From assembly GCA_051362555.1 (NCBI GenBank), contig CM120640.1:67806788-67870787 (forward strand): a stretch of 64,000 nt of DNA, read 5' to 3'. The DNA is from Lingula anatina. Its lineage: Eukaryota; Animalia; Brachiopoda. Position 1 is the stretch's first letter. Each line of letters begins with the position of its first letter. The translations under genes and the position numbers were made by a program. The notes beneath the pieces are model-generated. The model was given only the letters and a program-made list of their open reading frames with translations. It had not been told where the DNA came from and did no database searches. Below, in pieces: positions 40,201 through 53,259 of this stretch.

Positions 40201-42921
40201 TCCATGAATTCTTGTATGATCACAAGTTTGTGGTTATTACTAATAATTATTCAATGACATACATTCTTACTACAGCTAAATTAGGTGCCATGGGCCATCA
40301 TGCACTGGTTGGCCATTTTGGCAGCCTACAATTATGAGTTGAGCTAGCTAATAATCCCAGGGGTCATTCATATTGCTGATGCAGATATGGTAATAACTTG
40401 ATCTTTTCAATGGGGAAATTTGTGAATTTTACAGATACTGTATTCTTTAAGTCATAATTTTTTTTAACTAAGTACAATCCTGTTCAGTGCTAGCAACAAA
40501 ATCAAAATGCAGGCTACTCTATAGTCCTATTCTATGCAGTAAGAGCACCGTAAATACTATGTAGAAATATAATTTTTGTGATTATATAAGACAGGACCTG
40601 AAAGTTAAAAAATTTTTGCCCATTGAAAAGATCCGAGTCATTACCCCATATTGTCAGGGTGCTACCTTTCCTGCACATATAAATATATACGGATTGATAA
40701 ACATTTGCTGATTCACACTCTTATGTATAGTAATGAAGAGCACATTCAGAACAGCGGATCAACAGATCTGCGGATCAAATATGGCTGATCTACTTGAATG
40801 CTTGTTGCGTAATCCCCATGTGAAATCTATAAAGTGTCTAATTGGAAATTAACCAGCAAGCTTTGAAATGGGTCGCCATCTGTTAGTCCACTGTTCTGAA
40901 TGTGCACTAAGTATCACATACCAGAGGTGAGTAGTTTGATCATGTCTGGTCTGGTCAGCTGACTGTTGTGCATGGGGAAACCACTGAGCAGCAGTTCCAG
41001 AGCACTACGCTGCACCAGAGCACTTTTATCCTCTACGGCACTACTCAAAGCTTGAACCTAAAATTACAAACAATCATGGTAATGTTTTTATTAATTTTGG
41101 ATATTTGCATTGTTTGCATTCATTTGACACTGCTGACCAGATATTTGTGCTTTGGCTTTTTCATTCCTCTCTTTTGGTCTGGTTAAAAATAGTAAGCCAT
41201 ATTTATGTAAACATTTAATGTCAATCTTTATTTCACGAAAACTATGCATGAACATATATAAACCTGAGTGTAATGGTCAAACAGAACTTTTTCAAAACTG
41301 CACAAAAATAAAATCTTTTAAAATGCATCTTAATAACTTACAACCAGCATAACTTGTGTCCTCTTCTGATAAGTACCTCTATTTACAGTACATCCATATA
41401 AATCATACAAAATTCATCAGTGTCATTTTGTGTGAATTCAGAACTTAGAGAATATTACCATAATGTCAATGTTGGTGCCCATGATATACAGCTGATCCTC
41501 CATGCTCAGTTTCCTGTTGTAGTGGGCTAGTACATAGTTAACTGCAGGGAGACGGATGGTGGGGGCAGACAGAACACACTCCCATAGACAACCGTAGAAA
41601 AATGTGGAATCTGTGACCTTGCAGAATTCTTCCAGGAGAGAGTTTGTTCTGAAAGTAAAAAAAATTCATGACACACAGGCAGGAGACAGACATGCTATAA
41701 TTTTTTTAACAGCCAGGCATTCAGAACTGCAGCTATGAAAATTTGCCAGACCAGAAAATTTTACCAGACTAACTGTAAATTCAAAATGGCAGCTCTTAAA
41801 ATTGTTGCCAGTTGCTTGGACCAACTGAATAGAAATTTCTGTCAGTCCTTAAAATTAATATCGGTCATGACCAGTAGGGCTGTTAGTTTCAGCATGTCTG
41901 AGGAGGATAACAAAAACTATTACCTATGTGTGATGACTTACAAAATGAAGACTTAAAAACATACTCTGAGTACTGTATTCATGCTAAAACCATTAAACCA
42001 GTTTATTAAATAATTCAAGTGAAATAAAATTCAGCAAAATGTTTTCTCTGAGTTTTCAGATAACTTTGTCCAACATACACACAATTTAATTATTGTTCCA
42101 CCCACTCAACTAATTTCACATTTCCAACACTTACATATAACATTAACAACAAACCTGTCAAAATGATCAGAACCCTCCTCCAGTCCTGGCAGCACCCCCA
42201 TCAGCAGTCCAGTTAGCCCAGGCCGGAGACTCTGGCCAAGAGGCAAGAAATGGTTCTCATAAATAGCCAACAGCGTTGGCCTGACATTCATTGCAGCAAA
42301 TGACAACAACGGGAAAAGGCCTGCGCTGTATATGAACATGTCTTTGGCAAGCCGCGTGGTCCCTATGGTATTGAATATGATGTCGTAGGTCTCCATTGCC
42401 TTGAGGTGTACCCCTGCTGGAAGGGCTGGGTGAAGACACTGGGCCAGACGCTTCCCAATGGTCACCTTTTTAGGTATCACGTCATATTTTTTGTGAGACT
42501 GGAGCACCTGGTGGGAAGAAAAGTCATATGTTGCATATTCAGAAAGTCTTAAATATAAAGCACATCCACTCAACATGCTAATTAACTTATTGAGATGATC
42601 TTACATATAAACTTGAAGTTTTTTCTCAGAAAAATATAGATAAATAAACAGATAAAAAAATAAATAAATAATGAACAATTAAGTTCAAAAACAAAATCAC
42701 AACTACGCATACACTCGGATGTTTTAAAAAACAAAGTTAACTCAAGTAAAATGTCAAAACTGAAAGTAATTTACCTTGTTTAGTTTCCCAAGAGCTGATA
42801 TCAAGTCTGCCCATTCACTGGTGTTTTCAAAGCTTTTCAGGGCTTTTTCAACACTCTGGATGTACGATCGATATTTTGAGTCCTGAAGTAGGTCAACCTC
42901 TTCAGAGCATGAGGAACTCAT
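24753..42921 (-). CDS. DOP1: Protein dopey-1 / DOP1 (pad-1), 28 coding exons
   Basis: Dopey N-terminus [53 protein letters not shown] and [17 protein letters not shown], with C-terminal [15 protein letters not shown] exons: 42921-42775, 42507-42155, 41648-41459, 41057-40922, 39994-39261, 39030-38383, 38124-37914, 37622-37366, 37082-36930, 36709-36606, 36252-36100, 35569-33803, 33327-33114, 32840-32664, 32387-32262, 30979-30839, 30483-30323, 30019-29953, 29771-29624, 29337-29240, 28948-28836, 28587-28376, 28076-27924, 27539-27403, 27202-27147, 25886-25734, 25389-25278, 25064-24753. Confidence 0.95.
28168..28212. repeat. (AAAT)n microsatellite
   Basis: Read directly; lies in a DOP1 intron. Confidence 0.95.
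35728..35895. mobile_element. MITE in a DOP1 intron
   Basis: Perfect 15-bp TIR CAGGCCCGTAGCCAG with a flanking TAGTC duplication (35723-35727 and 35896-35900). Confidence 0.85.
35971..36181. repeat. 105-bp tandem duplication spanning a DOP1 exon end and splice donor
   Basis: 35995-36075 is identical to 36100-36180, and both copies are followed on the minus strand by GT donors. Confidence 0.95.
36404..36470. mobile_element. 67-bp Harbinger-type MITE
   Basis: TIR GGGGCTGTT / AACAGCCCC flanked by TTA on both sides. Confidence 0.6.
40385..40652. repeat. Degenerate inverted repeat (MITE-like)
   Basis: GATCTTTTCAATGGG at about 40400 and CCCATTGAAAAGATC at about 40619, with further imperfect pairing outward. 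Confidence 0.5.
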
Positions 42922-43713
42922 GGCTCTATTGCACTGATTTCTGTATAAGTATAAATTGCACAGTTGGAGATTGTGAGCAGAAGCAATAATCGCTACATGT
43001 AACAAAGCATGTTCATGATAGAATTTTTTAAAAAACAGGAGCAAAGAGTTTTTAATGAAAATGATCTCTTCAAATCAAAAAAAGAAGTCTGTCGGGCTGC
43101 ATCAAGTCTTAAGGGCATCAAAGCCCAGAGTTGGACAGGACAGCCAATGAAATGTTAACAGAAGGTGCGACTTCCATGGCACCTGCCTTGTCAAATTTCG
43201 TCAACAGGATTTAATGCTTTAATGCCCTAAACAACTAAGAGAGCAGTGCGAGCTCAACTTAAACATTAGTGTGCAGTGTATATGAGCTCAGTGAAGGTCC
43301 TGTGGAAGTTGTTGTAGATATTGTGCACAGAGCATATTCCACAGTATGTGCATATATTACAGTAGTTTGTAATGTAGTGTTTTCTGTCACTGCCAAGAGG
43401 ATTCTGGATTCCTGTTGCACATATGGGGACTACACAGGGATGCACACATATAAAGTAAGAGCCAACCATGCCCTAGATCCCTCCAGATCTGACGAGTGGC
43501 AGACGTGCAAGCTCTCACTCTACACAAGGCAAAGCTATTCAAAAGAAACGTGGTGTCCCAACTAAACAGAAGGAACAGGCAATACTCTTTGTAAGTACCA
43601 GAAGTGTATTTTAATGCTGTCAGAATAGAGTAAAACACTATCTTGGTGACAAGGATGAGACAAAAAAGTAAAGAAGTGCAGAAATCAAACAAAAAAGTAA
43701 GGAAGTGCAGAAA

Positions 43714-43963
43714 GGGGGCATGTCGATACCCCCCCCCCCGCACCGTTACTCCCCCGCACCATTACTCCCCGGCACCAATAATCCCCCTTAGTAATTTTTT
43801 GTATTATGCGCATCGGTACGACCCCACACTAATAGATCCCCGCACCGGTACATCCCCGCACAGATACTCCCCCGCACCGATACTTCCCCGCACTGATACT
43901 CCCCCTTAGTATATCTGTAATTGTGGGGGAGTATCGGTGCGGGGACTTATAGGCATGTAACCC
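43714..43963. mobile_element. MITE with ~17-bp internal repeats in the DOP1 5' intron
   Basis: Units of gcaccgatactccccc occur in tandem at left and inverted at right. The flanks share AGAAA(G). Confidence 0.65.
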
Positions 43964-44360
43964 AGAAAGCAGCTTCCCTATCTCCAAAAACATACAGGAG
44001 ATCATCTGCATTACCAAATTAATAGATCACGAGAAAGTCGTGGCGTCAAATCTGTTTCTCAGAAAAGATCTTCCTTGCCTGCAGAATTACAAAGTACTTA
44101 GTTTGTAAGAATGACTTAACAAGATACATTGCACTGAAAGCAGAAACACAATTCCCGAAAAACGATTCTTTTCTTCGCAAAAAATTACGCCTAGCGTATG
44201 CTGTGCATTGTGACACTACTCACCTGACTTGGGGCAATTTGCTTTACTTCCGTCAAATTATCTCCATGAATCAAACATTAATGAAGCTGTTCAATCATCG
44301 CCAAACCCTATGTTCCATTGAGTAGTAAAAGAAAATGCAAGCCTTCCTCGTCATAATCAC

Positions 44361-44608
44361 CTGTCGCCCATACTTCCGGTCCTCCGCACAGACAAAATGT
44401 TTTTGATAAAAATGAGCAAATTATATAAATATTCAATTTCCATTAAAAAATGAAAAAATTGTTGAATTTTTGTTGAATGAAAATGTCTTCTATTTGTCAC
44501 ATTATTGCAAACTTATCAAATGATACTGTTGATCCAAAAATAACTGCGACCCTGCTACATTCTACTGCAAGTCGAGCAATACGTAACACGTGCATCTAGA
44601 CATAAACT
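44361..44608. promoter_or_regulatory. Putative bidirectional promoter, DOP1 / TIMM13
   Basis: Minus-strand donors CAG|GTGATT (44361) and CAG|GTGAGT (44224) suggest non-coding DOP1 first exons. There is an ETS-like ACTTCCGG at 44372-44379, and the TIMM13 ATG is at 44609. Confidence 0.55.
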
Positions 44609-45635
44609 ATGAATTCGTTCGACAGTCCTGTGGGTAGCAAGGGGGGTATTTCGTCTGCAGACAGAGATAAAATATTAGCAGCAGCACAGCAACAGATTAC
44701 AGCATCTTTTAACCAAATGATCCTAGAGGTGAGTTAGCCAACAAGCTAAACAATAAACACGTTCAAAATCTCATTGCAAGGTCAAGCAGGCAAGAGGGGA
44801 TATGGGGGTTAAACGGGTCTAATGCCGCAGGGGATAGTAACTATAAAGTATTGAGCTATGTAAGAAAAGGTAAAAATGACCACTTGTAGTGCACACCTAC
44901 AGCTGTTTTAGTTTTAAAGTATTTTCCCCGAGTTTCCCTAAAATATTATTATGCAAGTTTTGAAATAACATAAACAACACCGCCCATGATGCAATATTTT
45001 GGTATTTGTTCAAGCACCGTATCATGTGTTTGGAAGTTCCAGTTAGTGTGAATGAATCTGTTGTACTGTTCCATCTTTTATGCAAAATGTCAAGGCTCTG
45101 AATGTAATTTTATTAAACTTAAGATCTCCTTATCCTCAAATCTTATTAGATATTTGCAGCTGTCACACTTGATTCCAAAAACCTGCCTTCTACCATAATG
45201 TCCCCATGCCCCCCCCCCCCCCCCCCCCCCCAGTCATCATTTTAAAATGTCTCTCAAGCATGGCACAAAATTGATTGCCTCTTTCCTCCTGTATTCAACA
45301 TGGACACTATTCAAACATTTAGGAAATAAGAAAAAAAAATGTTACTTTTTCATTTCAGAAAATAAATGACAAGTGCTTCCACAAATGTATAGAAAAGCCA
45401 GGTGCCTCACTTTCAAGCTGGGAGGAGGTAATTTCTCCATTGTCATGTTACTACACCTATATGGTTTACCTTTCTGAGCTGAATTGTTCTTTTTTTTTAA
45501 TTACTATCGTTCAGATGGATTTAAACCATTTAGGACATTCACTACTAGTTTTGTCAAGAATAAAATAATTCTTTGTACTCAAACAGGATAGGATGTTTCA
45601 ACAGCTGTAGTGATAGTCCCTCAATTTTGTGGCTT

Positions 45636-45704
<69 letters not shown>

Positions 45705-45899
45705 GTAAAAATCCAAGGTTTTATTGTTTTGATTTGTACTTTGAGCCATGCCAGTGAAAGTAATTGCTTTTCTACATTTTTGTCATTTTCTTATTTCCAG
45801 AAATGTTTAACCATGTGTATGGACCGTTATTTAGACACAGTGCAAATAGTACAACGAGTGTATCATAGGAAATTACAAGAAGGCATGGGAAGTCAGTAG
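44609..45899 (+). CDS. TIMM13: Mitochondrial import inner membrane translocase subunit Tim13 (95 aa, 3 exons)
   Basis: Exons 44609-44728, 45359-45427 and 45801-45899 splice in frame to ...KINDKCFHKCIEKPGASLSSWEEKCLTMCMDRYLD..., the twin CX3C motif with Tim13-like context. Confidence 0.88.
45638..45704. repeat. (AT)n plus poly(T) simple repeat
   Basis: Read directly; lies in TIMM13 intron 2. Confidence 0.95.
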
Positions 45900-46603
45900 T
45901 ACATTTTACCAATAAAAATCATAAAACTTTATTTGACAGTGTACATAGGATGGCATGCATATACATCACAATGAGTGGGATTCTTCAGCTGCACAGAGAG
46001 TGAAAGAAAAAGTGAACAAAACTTCATTTCCGACCTGGCATGTCAGAAAACTCCAAATCTTCCGTAGAATGTGCACATTAATCATAACAGTCACATGATC
46101 TTCATGTTAATGGATTTCTATTATTGTAAGACAGTTTGATTTTTTACAACGACCTTGGTGATTTTATACTTGAGATGTAGATAAGTTGCATAAAGCAAGT
46201 TGGACATAAATCATGTTTCTCTAACAACAGCATGACGGGCCAACTCAGCATTGAGGAATCAGACCAACAATTCAGTTGTATTATTTTGGTTGTATATTTG
46301 AGTTTACATTAATTGGTATTCTGAAGATGGATAATGAACTTTGCTTTTTGTCAGCATATTGTTGTTACAGTCTTAAGTTAGCAAAACAGATCTACACCAC
46401 TATAAAGTGATTTGCTTTTTAAGTAAACATCTAAATAAACCAAATTCACATGGAAAATGCAGTGTGATTGTTTAAAACAAAATCAATAACACCCAACTCT
46501 ACCATTTATTTATTTGAATATTTTCAAAGATTTTTATTTAAAAAAAAGGGGGGGGGGGACACCAAGAGTGATAGTTTGATCAATGTTGAATTTGTAAAGC
46601 ACA

Positions 46604-46849
46604 GGGCCCAGTCTCATCAATACTGGATAGCACTACCCTATGGAAACCACTATCCATTTGATAAAATTGTTATCCACTGGACAGTTATCCTGAGGATAGC
46701 AGACATTTTAACTTTTGGATAGTAATATCAGACAGATATTAGAAAACATTACTTTACCCACAGGATAACTGCACAGAGGATAACAAATTCAGCTAATGGA
46801 TAGTGTTATACAGTGGAAAGTGCTATTCAGTGTTGATAAAACCGGGCCC
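46604..46849. mobile_element. Harbinger-type MITE
   Basis: ~30-bp imperfect TIRs GGGCCCAGTCTCATCAATACTGGATAGCACT and AGTGCTATTCAGTGTTGATAAAACCGGGCCC, with internal GGATAG/CTATCC repeats. Confidence 0.7.
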
Positions 46850-47294
46850 AATAGTATGGGGCATAATTTCATAATGAAACAAGACTAACTACTACTAGAC
46901 ATTATAAGGGGTGAAATCTTGGCACAGAATACACATAAAAAGGAGTTGTAATTTTCCTTTCCTTATGACCCTTTCAATGATAACAGTTAGAGTAATGGAA
47001 AACAGTTCACATGATTGCAATGTTTTGTAACTATAAATTAATAGAATTCTTAAAATTTTTCCAATTTACAAAATATACACAATGACTACAAGTTTATCCA
47101 CTGAGCCTAAAAAAAAACTCCAGTTGTGTCTAATTTGAAGAGAAATGCACAAATATTTGAGGGAGAGTCCTAAGTGTCCTGCATGAAATTGCACACATTA
47201 AATGTAACATTGCTGTATAACAAAGCAAGCTCCATGAACTATGAGCTACCCAGTACATGTACATGGCCTTGCTGGATGACCAAGGTCTATCTTG

Positions 47295-49240
47295 TTACCA
47301 CATTGGGTGCTTTTTAAACATGCCCTTCCACGAAACCCCAGATGCTTCATCCAGTCGTTTATTGAGAAAAACCAGCTTGCGATCTAAATCTTCAAGCTCC
47401 TGAAAAAAGTTAGTTTATATAAGAAATATATGGAACACTCTTAACTACGACTCCTGCTACACAAATGGCTGTGTAATTATAAATGAATTTTTTTCTCTCT
47501 CAGTCAAGTACTCTCAAGGAAGACATTTTTTCCTCAATGTAATCTACACAGTGACCAGTACTCTACTTACGGCCGCCAGTTTGGCATCTCTTTTCTGTTT
47601 GAGCTCTGGGGTAGCATTTTCAACATTTTCTATCTACAAGTAAAAACAGGCATGTAAAAATGAAACTACCAATGTTATACATAAATACATGCAGTTATAA
47701 ATGAAATTAATAACAAGTATGGAAGTGGCATGACAAAATTTTACAATCATCTGAGTATATTAATACTTATTATAAAGATCAACACACGCAACAGTAGAAT
47801 GCTATGATCTCAATTATAACTTCTGACGGATTGTAACCAACAGATTTAACTATGAAGTGTGAAGATTGAACGGTGAAGATTGAACTCTTAAAGGTATGAC
47901 TAAAGATTTCAATTTCCCAATCTTACCCTTTGCAAAATAGAATTCAGACTCTTTCTTACAGACTCGTGAGCTCCTGGCATTCTGATTGATCGAGGTAATG
48001 GTTTAACTGGAATAAGAATTTTAAAATTTCTCTCTGTTCTAAAGGTCAGATTATTTCTCAGTCTTTTCTTTTACTTGAAAAGCATTTCCCTTAAACATTT
48101 ATTTTCATCTCAAAATCATTCTTCAAAATTTAAAGTAGTGTACAGTGCAAGTGATTGTTAATTTTAGTTATGTGCGTAAAATTCTACTGTAATTTAAAGA
48201 AAGCATTTAAAATACTATTTAAAATACTTACTATTTTGATATACTCTAAATATTTCCAATACATAAGGTCTGGAAAAAACATTATAATTATAGTACAATA
48301 TATATTCCTTTTGTTGATATTAAGAGTTACTTACTTTAGTATTGCACATTCATCTAATAAATTGAATACAATGTGGAAACTCGTTGATTCTTTTCTTCAT
48401 GTAATATTTCTGGTATAAAACTTCATTCCAGTATGTAACAAATCAATTAAGTCTAAATGATTAGTTTGAATGTTGGTCCCAAAGCCTTGCTCTATGCCAC
48501 AGTTGAATGAACCACTCTGTCCTCAATACATGTACTTACACAGACTTAGAGTTAGGTTGAAGAGCACTGTTGATGGGGATCAAAGAACCTCGGTGGTTTC
48601 TTAACTGAAATTAATAAAGCAAATCAATAACGATAAAACAAACACCTGTGAAATGTTTAACTTACTAGTACAATTGAAAATCAACAAGTTTCCACATTGT
48701 ATCTTCGAAAGTGTCATAATGAAAATATATATAAAACTTCAATTTTTAATGTTGAAACTACTTTAAAGACAATATAATTGGTCTGCAGGAAAAGAACTGA
48801 GGGAAAATAAAACCTAAACTTATTAAAATCGATATTAACCTTCATCACTACTCCTGTATCAAACAAACCAAAGGCTTCTCTGATAACAATCTTTACAAAA
48901 TCTGAGTCCATGTCATCTGCCAAATACACAGAATTCAGCTTGTCGACCTTCTGTGAGTGCTCTTCATCTGCAATAATAGAATGTTAATGAAAATGACATA
49001 GGTATTTTTCAGTTGGAAACAAAGTCCATCAAGGTTTTAATTCTACAAAGACTGTTGAATTTATTGTATGAAATTCGTATTATTTGTTAGTGATAACTAG
49101 TCCCAAGAAATAAGTTTTTTTTTTTCAAATTTAGGGCAAATTCAATAAATCAGGAAGAATAAAGACAGTTGTATTTCCTCACCTTCCAAGTCAAACCTCC
49201 TTAACTGAATCCAAACCTTTTTGCTCTTAGAAGACGTCAT
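47295..49240 (-). CDS. Uncharacterised 178-aa protein with C-terminal coiled coil (7 exons)
   Basis: GT-AG exons 49240-49183, 48967-48840, 48604-48540, 48269-48232, 48006-47927, 47633-47571 and 47399-47295 join in phase without stops: MTSSKSKKVWIQLRRFDLEDEEH...LRNHRGSLIPINSALQPNSKSVPYVLEIF...WKGMFKKHPMW*. Confidence 0.85.
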
Positions 49241-49349
49241 ACTGGCTGTGATTTTGTTATATATGTGATGACACTTCAGTCCATAGACTAATCTCAGTTG
49301 CCTCTTAGTCTTAACACTACAGAGTCAGAGCTCACTGCCTTGAGTTGAG

Positions 49350-49680
49350 ACCTGCAAATTCACACTCACAGTCGCAAACCCACTAGGTGATGGGGTTTCT
49401 CGACAGGGCAACAGTTGAGAGGCTATCTTCGACGCCGATTCTGTGCTTGCATTCTTGCAAAATCGGAATCCAAGTAAGAAATACTACATAAACACACCTG
49501 ACAATGGAGCCTGCAAACCTAGGCTAACTTGTATTTACTCTGCTGTCATGAATTCTACGTCAGCAAGCTTTGCTTCACATATATTGATGACGTACTTCAC
49601 ATCAGCATGTGAGGAAAGGAACGTGACTCCTTACGTGATTGAAATTAACGTGAAATAAACCAAAAGACGATTCAGAAATG
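49350..49680. promoter_or_regulatory. Putative bidirectional promoter, uncharacterised gene / PDSS2
   Basis: Lies between divergent genes and has four ACGT-core CRE/ATF-like sites at about 49587-49652. A plus-strand donor GTAAGT at 49680 suggests a non-coding PDSS2 first exon. Confidence 0.5.
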
Positions 49681-50063
49681 TAAGTATTAATATCCGATGG
49701 GCCATTGCTACTACCACTGACATCTGTTATTAGTACTACTTACCTAAAGCTACGATTGCTAGTTTGCTACCAAGTGCCGTACTGCAGATATCGAGTAATG
49801 CAATGTTATGAAATTGTTCCACAGCAAGAGTATAATTTTTGTTATTTGAAAAAGCTGTTTGTGAAGATTCTAGTTAAGTTAGAGCAGAAAATGCGTTCTA
49901 GTTACGTGAATATCAATGTTCGGTAATATTCAAATTAAATTCAGCAAATACCAATTAAAGGGAAAAAATTAGTTTGAGATGACAATAATTCGAGCAGTAA
50001 AGCAAGTCTTCTGTTAATGCACATACTAAAATAAAAAATATAAATGTTTCAGACTAGAAAAAT

Positions 50064-52699
50064 ATGTGTAGTTTCAGAGGCAAATTGTGTTGTCACTCAG
50101 ATAAATTCCTTGTTCTTGCCAGGTCTGCCTTCACCATTGCAAGGTTCATGGCCAATAAAAGTGGAACCATACAAGGTCTACTCAAATCCCCGGCAGTGCC
50201 ACTGACACTGTGCAGACGGTGCCTGGCATTATGGGGCTTCAATAAACCTGATGAATGGAAGAAAACTGTCATGGATGCTGAAAAACTTGTGGGATATTCC
50301 ACATCACTCCTCAGTCTCCGCTGTATATTCAGTGATGAACTTGCCAATGTAGCTATGCAAGTAGGAAAACTAGTGGGAACAAAACACCCTCTGTTACATA
50401 CAGCAAGGTAATGCATTTTATTAATTGACTAATTCACTGACAACAAGGAGAGAAATTTATGGCTGAAAATTAGTTAGGGTCTTGCGTAGTAAAACATTGA
50501 AGATATGGATGAATAGCTTTTCCTTTCAAGCAGAAGTCCGTCAATTTGTGTGTGTATGTGTGTGTCCAAGCATGCGTGATCCCAGTATTTTTTTACCTTA
50601 GTTGAAGAAAAGCATATTTTCATGTCAGCATGTTATACCCACTGTTACAGAACATTTATATGGGATGACAAGCAGGGCCCTCAGACCAGAGGGTTGATCA
50701 TTCTACTATTGTCCAAGGCTGCTGGACCTTCCAACCATCCTGATAAGATGCCTGATTTTGATCGTGAAATGGTCTGTGGTATATATCAGAGGTATTGTCA
50801 GTCGTTAATGATTTTTTTCTGCAATGAAGGAGGAATTCTGCATTTTATATATTTCAGTGTATAGATCTCTACCTCTGTATTTTAGGAGGGGATATCATTT
50901 ACTAATTCCCATTTGGTATCCATTAAAGACTGTTAGAGATGTCCTTTGAGGAACAAAACAAATTGTTCAGTTATATTTGGAAATATTCAAGTTATGTAAT
51001 GTTAATCAATTTTTATTTACTTTCAGCCAAAGAAATCTTGCAGAAATTGCAGAAATGATATATGCTGCCAACCTCATTCACAAAGGAGTGGTCAATCTTG
51101 CTGAAGTCAAGCCAGCAGATGGCATGATGAAAGACATGGAGTTTGGAAACAAGATGTCTGTTTTAAGTGGAGATTTCTTCTTAGCCAATGCCTCAACAGC
51201 TCTTGCTGACTTACAAAATACCAAGGTTAGTTATGACAGTACACAACTCAAAAGTTCAATATTAATGGATTTTTATTGTTAGTATCAGTCATCATGGTGA
51301 TGTGTTATATCTGTTTCAATATTTTGAACATTTTTTCTCCAAGAAATTATGTCATAAAAACAAATTGAAACATTCTCAGTGGAAACATTTTATTTATGCC
51401 AGAAATTATTGAATTAAAATTCCTTCTGTGTCAACTACATATATTTTTTCTGTAGGTTGTAGAAATAATTGCCAGTGCCATTGGTGATTTAATGCAAGCA
51501 GAATTCACAGGACTTACAGATAAAAGTGGTTGCCCAGTCCTGAAAACAACCACAACAATGGACAATTGGTATGAACAGACATTTCTCTCTGCTGGGAGTC
51601 TGGTTGCAAAAAGTTGTAAGGCAGCCATGGAACTTGCCAAACACTCACAAGATGTGCAAGAAAAAGCTTTTAACTTTGGGAAATATTTGACATTTGCTAG
51701 GCAGGTAAGGGGAACTTTTTTGGAATAAATTCCTTGTTTATGTGGACCTTCATGTATAAGGGTAAATCCATTAGCCTCTGTCCACATGATTCCACAGAAA
51801 GAAATTGATTGTATAGCATCTTGTATTTATCATGCACTTCACATTGATTGCATAGCAGCATTTTTCTGTGCATTCTCATAGCTGATATTCTGATGTTTTT
51901 TTCACGTTAATTAATGAATATTAATTTATGAATATAAAATTGCTCTGAACGTGTTGCTTTATTTCCAGTTAAATGAAGATCTCCAACCGTACATAACTTA
52001 GCAGCATTTTCTGTGCATTTGCATTATTATTATCAATGCATCCCAGATTTTATTGCACTTTGAACAGCATTATATTATTTTCTCTTTTGATGGATCATAA
52101 CTTGCAAGTAATTTATGAAGATAAAATTGCTCTGAACATGTTGCTTCATTTCCAGTTAAATGAAGATCTTCAGCCATACATAAGTGAAGATGGCGGCAGT
52201 GCTCCTTTTAACCCAACATCTGCTCCATCAGTTCTCTATGCCATGGGGGGAGACCAGGATAGGGTGGATTTTCTCAATAATTGTGCAAAAACTACGAGTG
52301 GAAAGGTGCTTCATTACAAGTCCTTACGGCTGATTTTAAATAATTTGACAAGACCACATACAGACAAAATATTCCAATACATAAGTTCCATAGTTTTCGC
52401 ATTTAAAAATGTTGACTTTTTTAAATTGTTTCACACTCTGCAGGCTAATCAAACACTCATTTTAAATGTATAACTAGTGCATGCATTAAATATATTTTAT
52501 TTAAGTGGTAAATGAGAATGTTAGTGTTTAATTTCAGATGCAGGCACTTAAGCTGATCTCAAAGAGCAAGGCTCTGGAAGAAACGAAGCGTCTTTGTAGG
52601 GAACATGGACAGAAGGCAGTGGAGGCTATAAAAGACTTTCCCATCTCAGATACAAGGACTGTATTACAGAAAATGGCTCAAGTGACAACTAATGTATGA
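50064..52699 (+). CDS. PDSS2: All-trans-polyprenyl-diphosphate synthase subunit 2 (6 coding exons)
   Basis: Exons 50064-50407, 50651-50791, 51027-51225, 51456-51704, 52156-52305 and 52538-52699 are in phase. Motifs [59 protein letters not shown] (no DDxxD, as in subunit 2) and [16 protein letters not shown] are present. Confidence 0.93.
51922..52183. repeat. 187-bp-period duplication of the PDSS2 exon 5 acceptor and exon start
   Basis: 51922-51996 matches 52109-52183 with a few mismatches. Confidence 0.9.
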
Positions 52700-53259
52700 G
52701 TTTCACCTTTTACAAAAACATCTCTTGCAACTTCTTCTTGTAGTCCTTCAACAAAGAGATGGTGATTGCAGGGTTCTCAGTTTTTCTTTCTAAGATATTT
52801 TGTACAAAAATTTTTCAGCATGTATATAATGATCTCTTTTTTCATCCATAAAACTTCATGAACACTAAATTTCAGTGATTTCATGTTGAGATTGTTCTAA
52901 AACATAAATTATTGGGCTGAAAGTGAAAAGATTACTGTTCATGGATGAGCTTTGTCACGTTTTCCATGAGAGGGACTGGCTTACCAATTAAAGTGTAAGG
53001 AGGTTATTATTTTAGTTATGACTTTATCTTCATCATTTATGCAGCAGGTATCACACTGCTTCCACCCAGAACTTTGGTTTGTTAAAGCTTTTTAAGAAAA
53101 TAATCCCTCCCAAAGGTGGTTCATTTGTAGTAGACTAAAGAATATTTGTTAATTTTTCTATCTTCCATGTTAGCTAAATTAAGATCACGTCACATCACAC
53201 ATGTGCTTCATTGGCAGATGTATTCATCCTTGTCTTAATGTGAGATACCTGATGCAAAA

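Noticed and set aside
43109-43230. Short inverted repeat AGGGCATCAAAGC / GCTTTAATGCCCT as a MITE
   Set aside because: It is short and imperfect, with no clean TSD.
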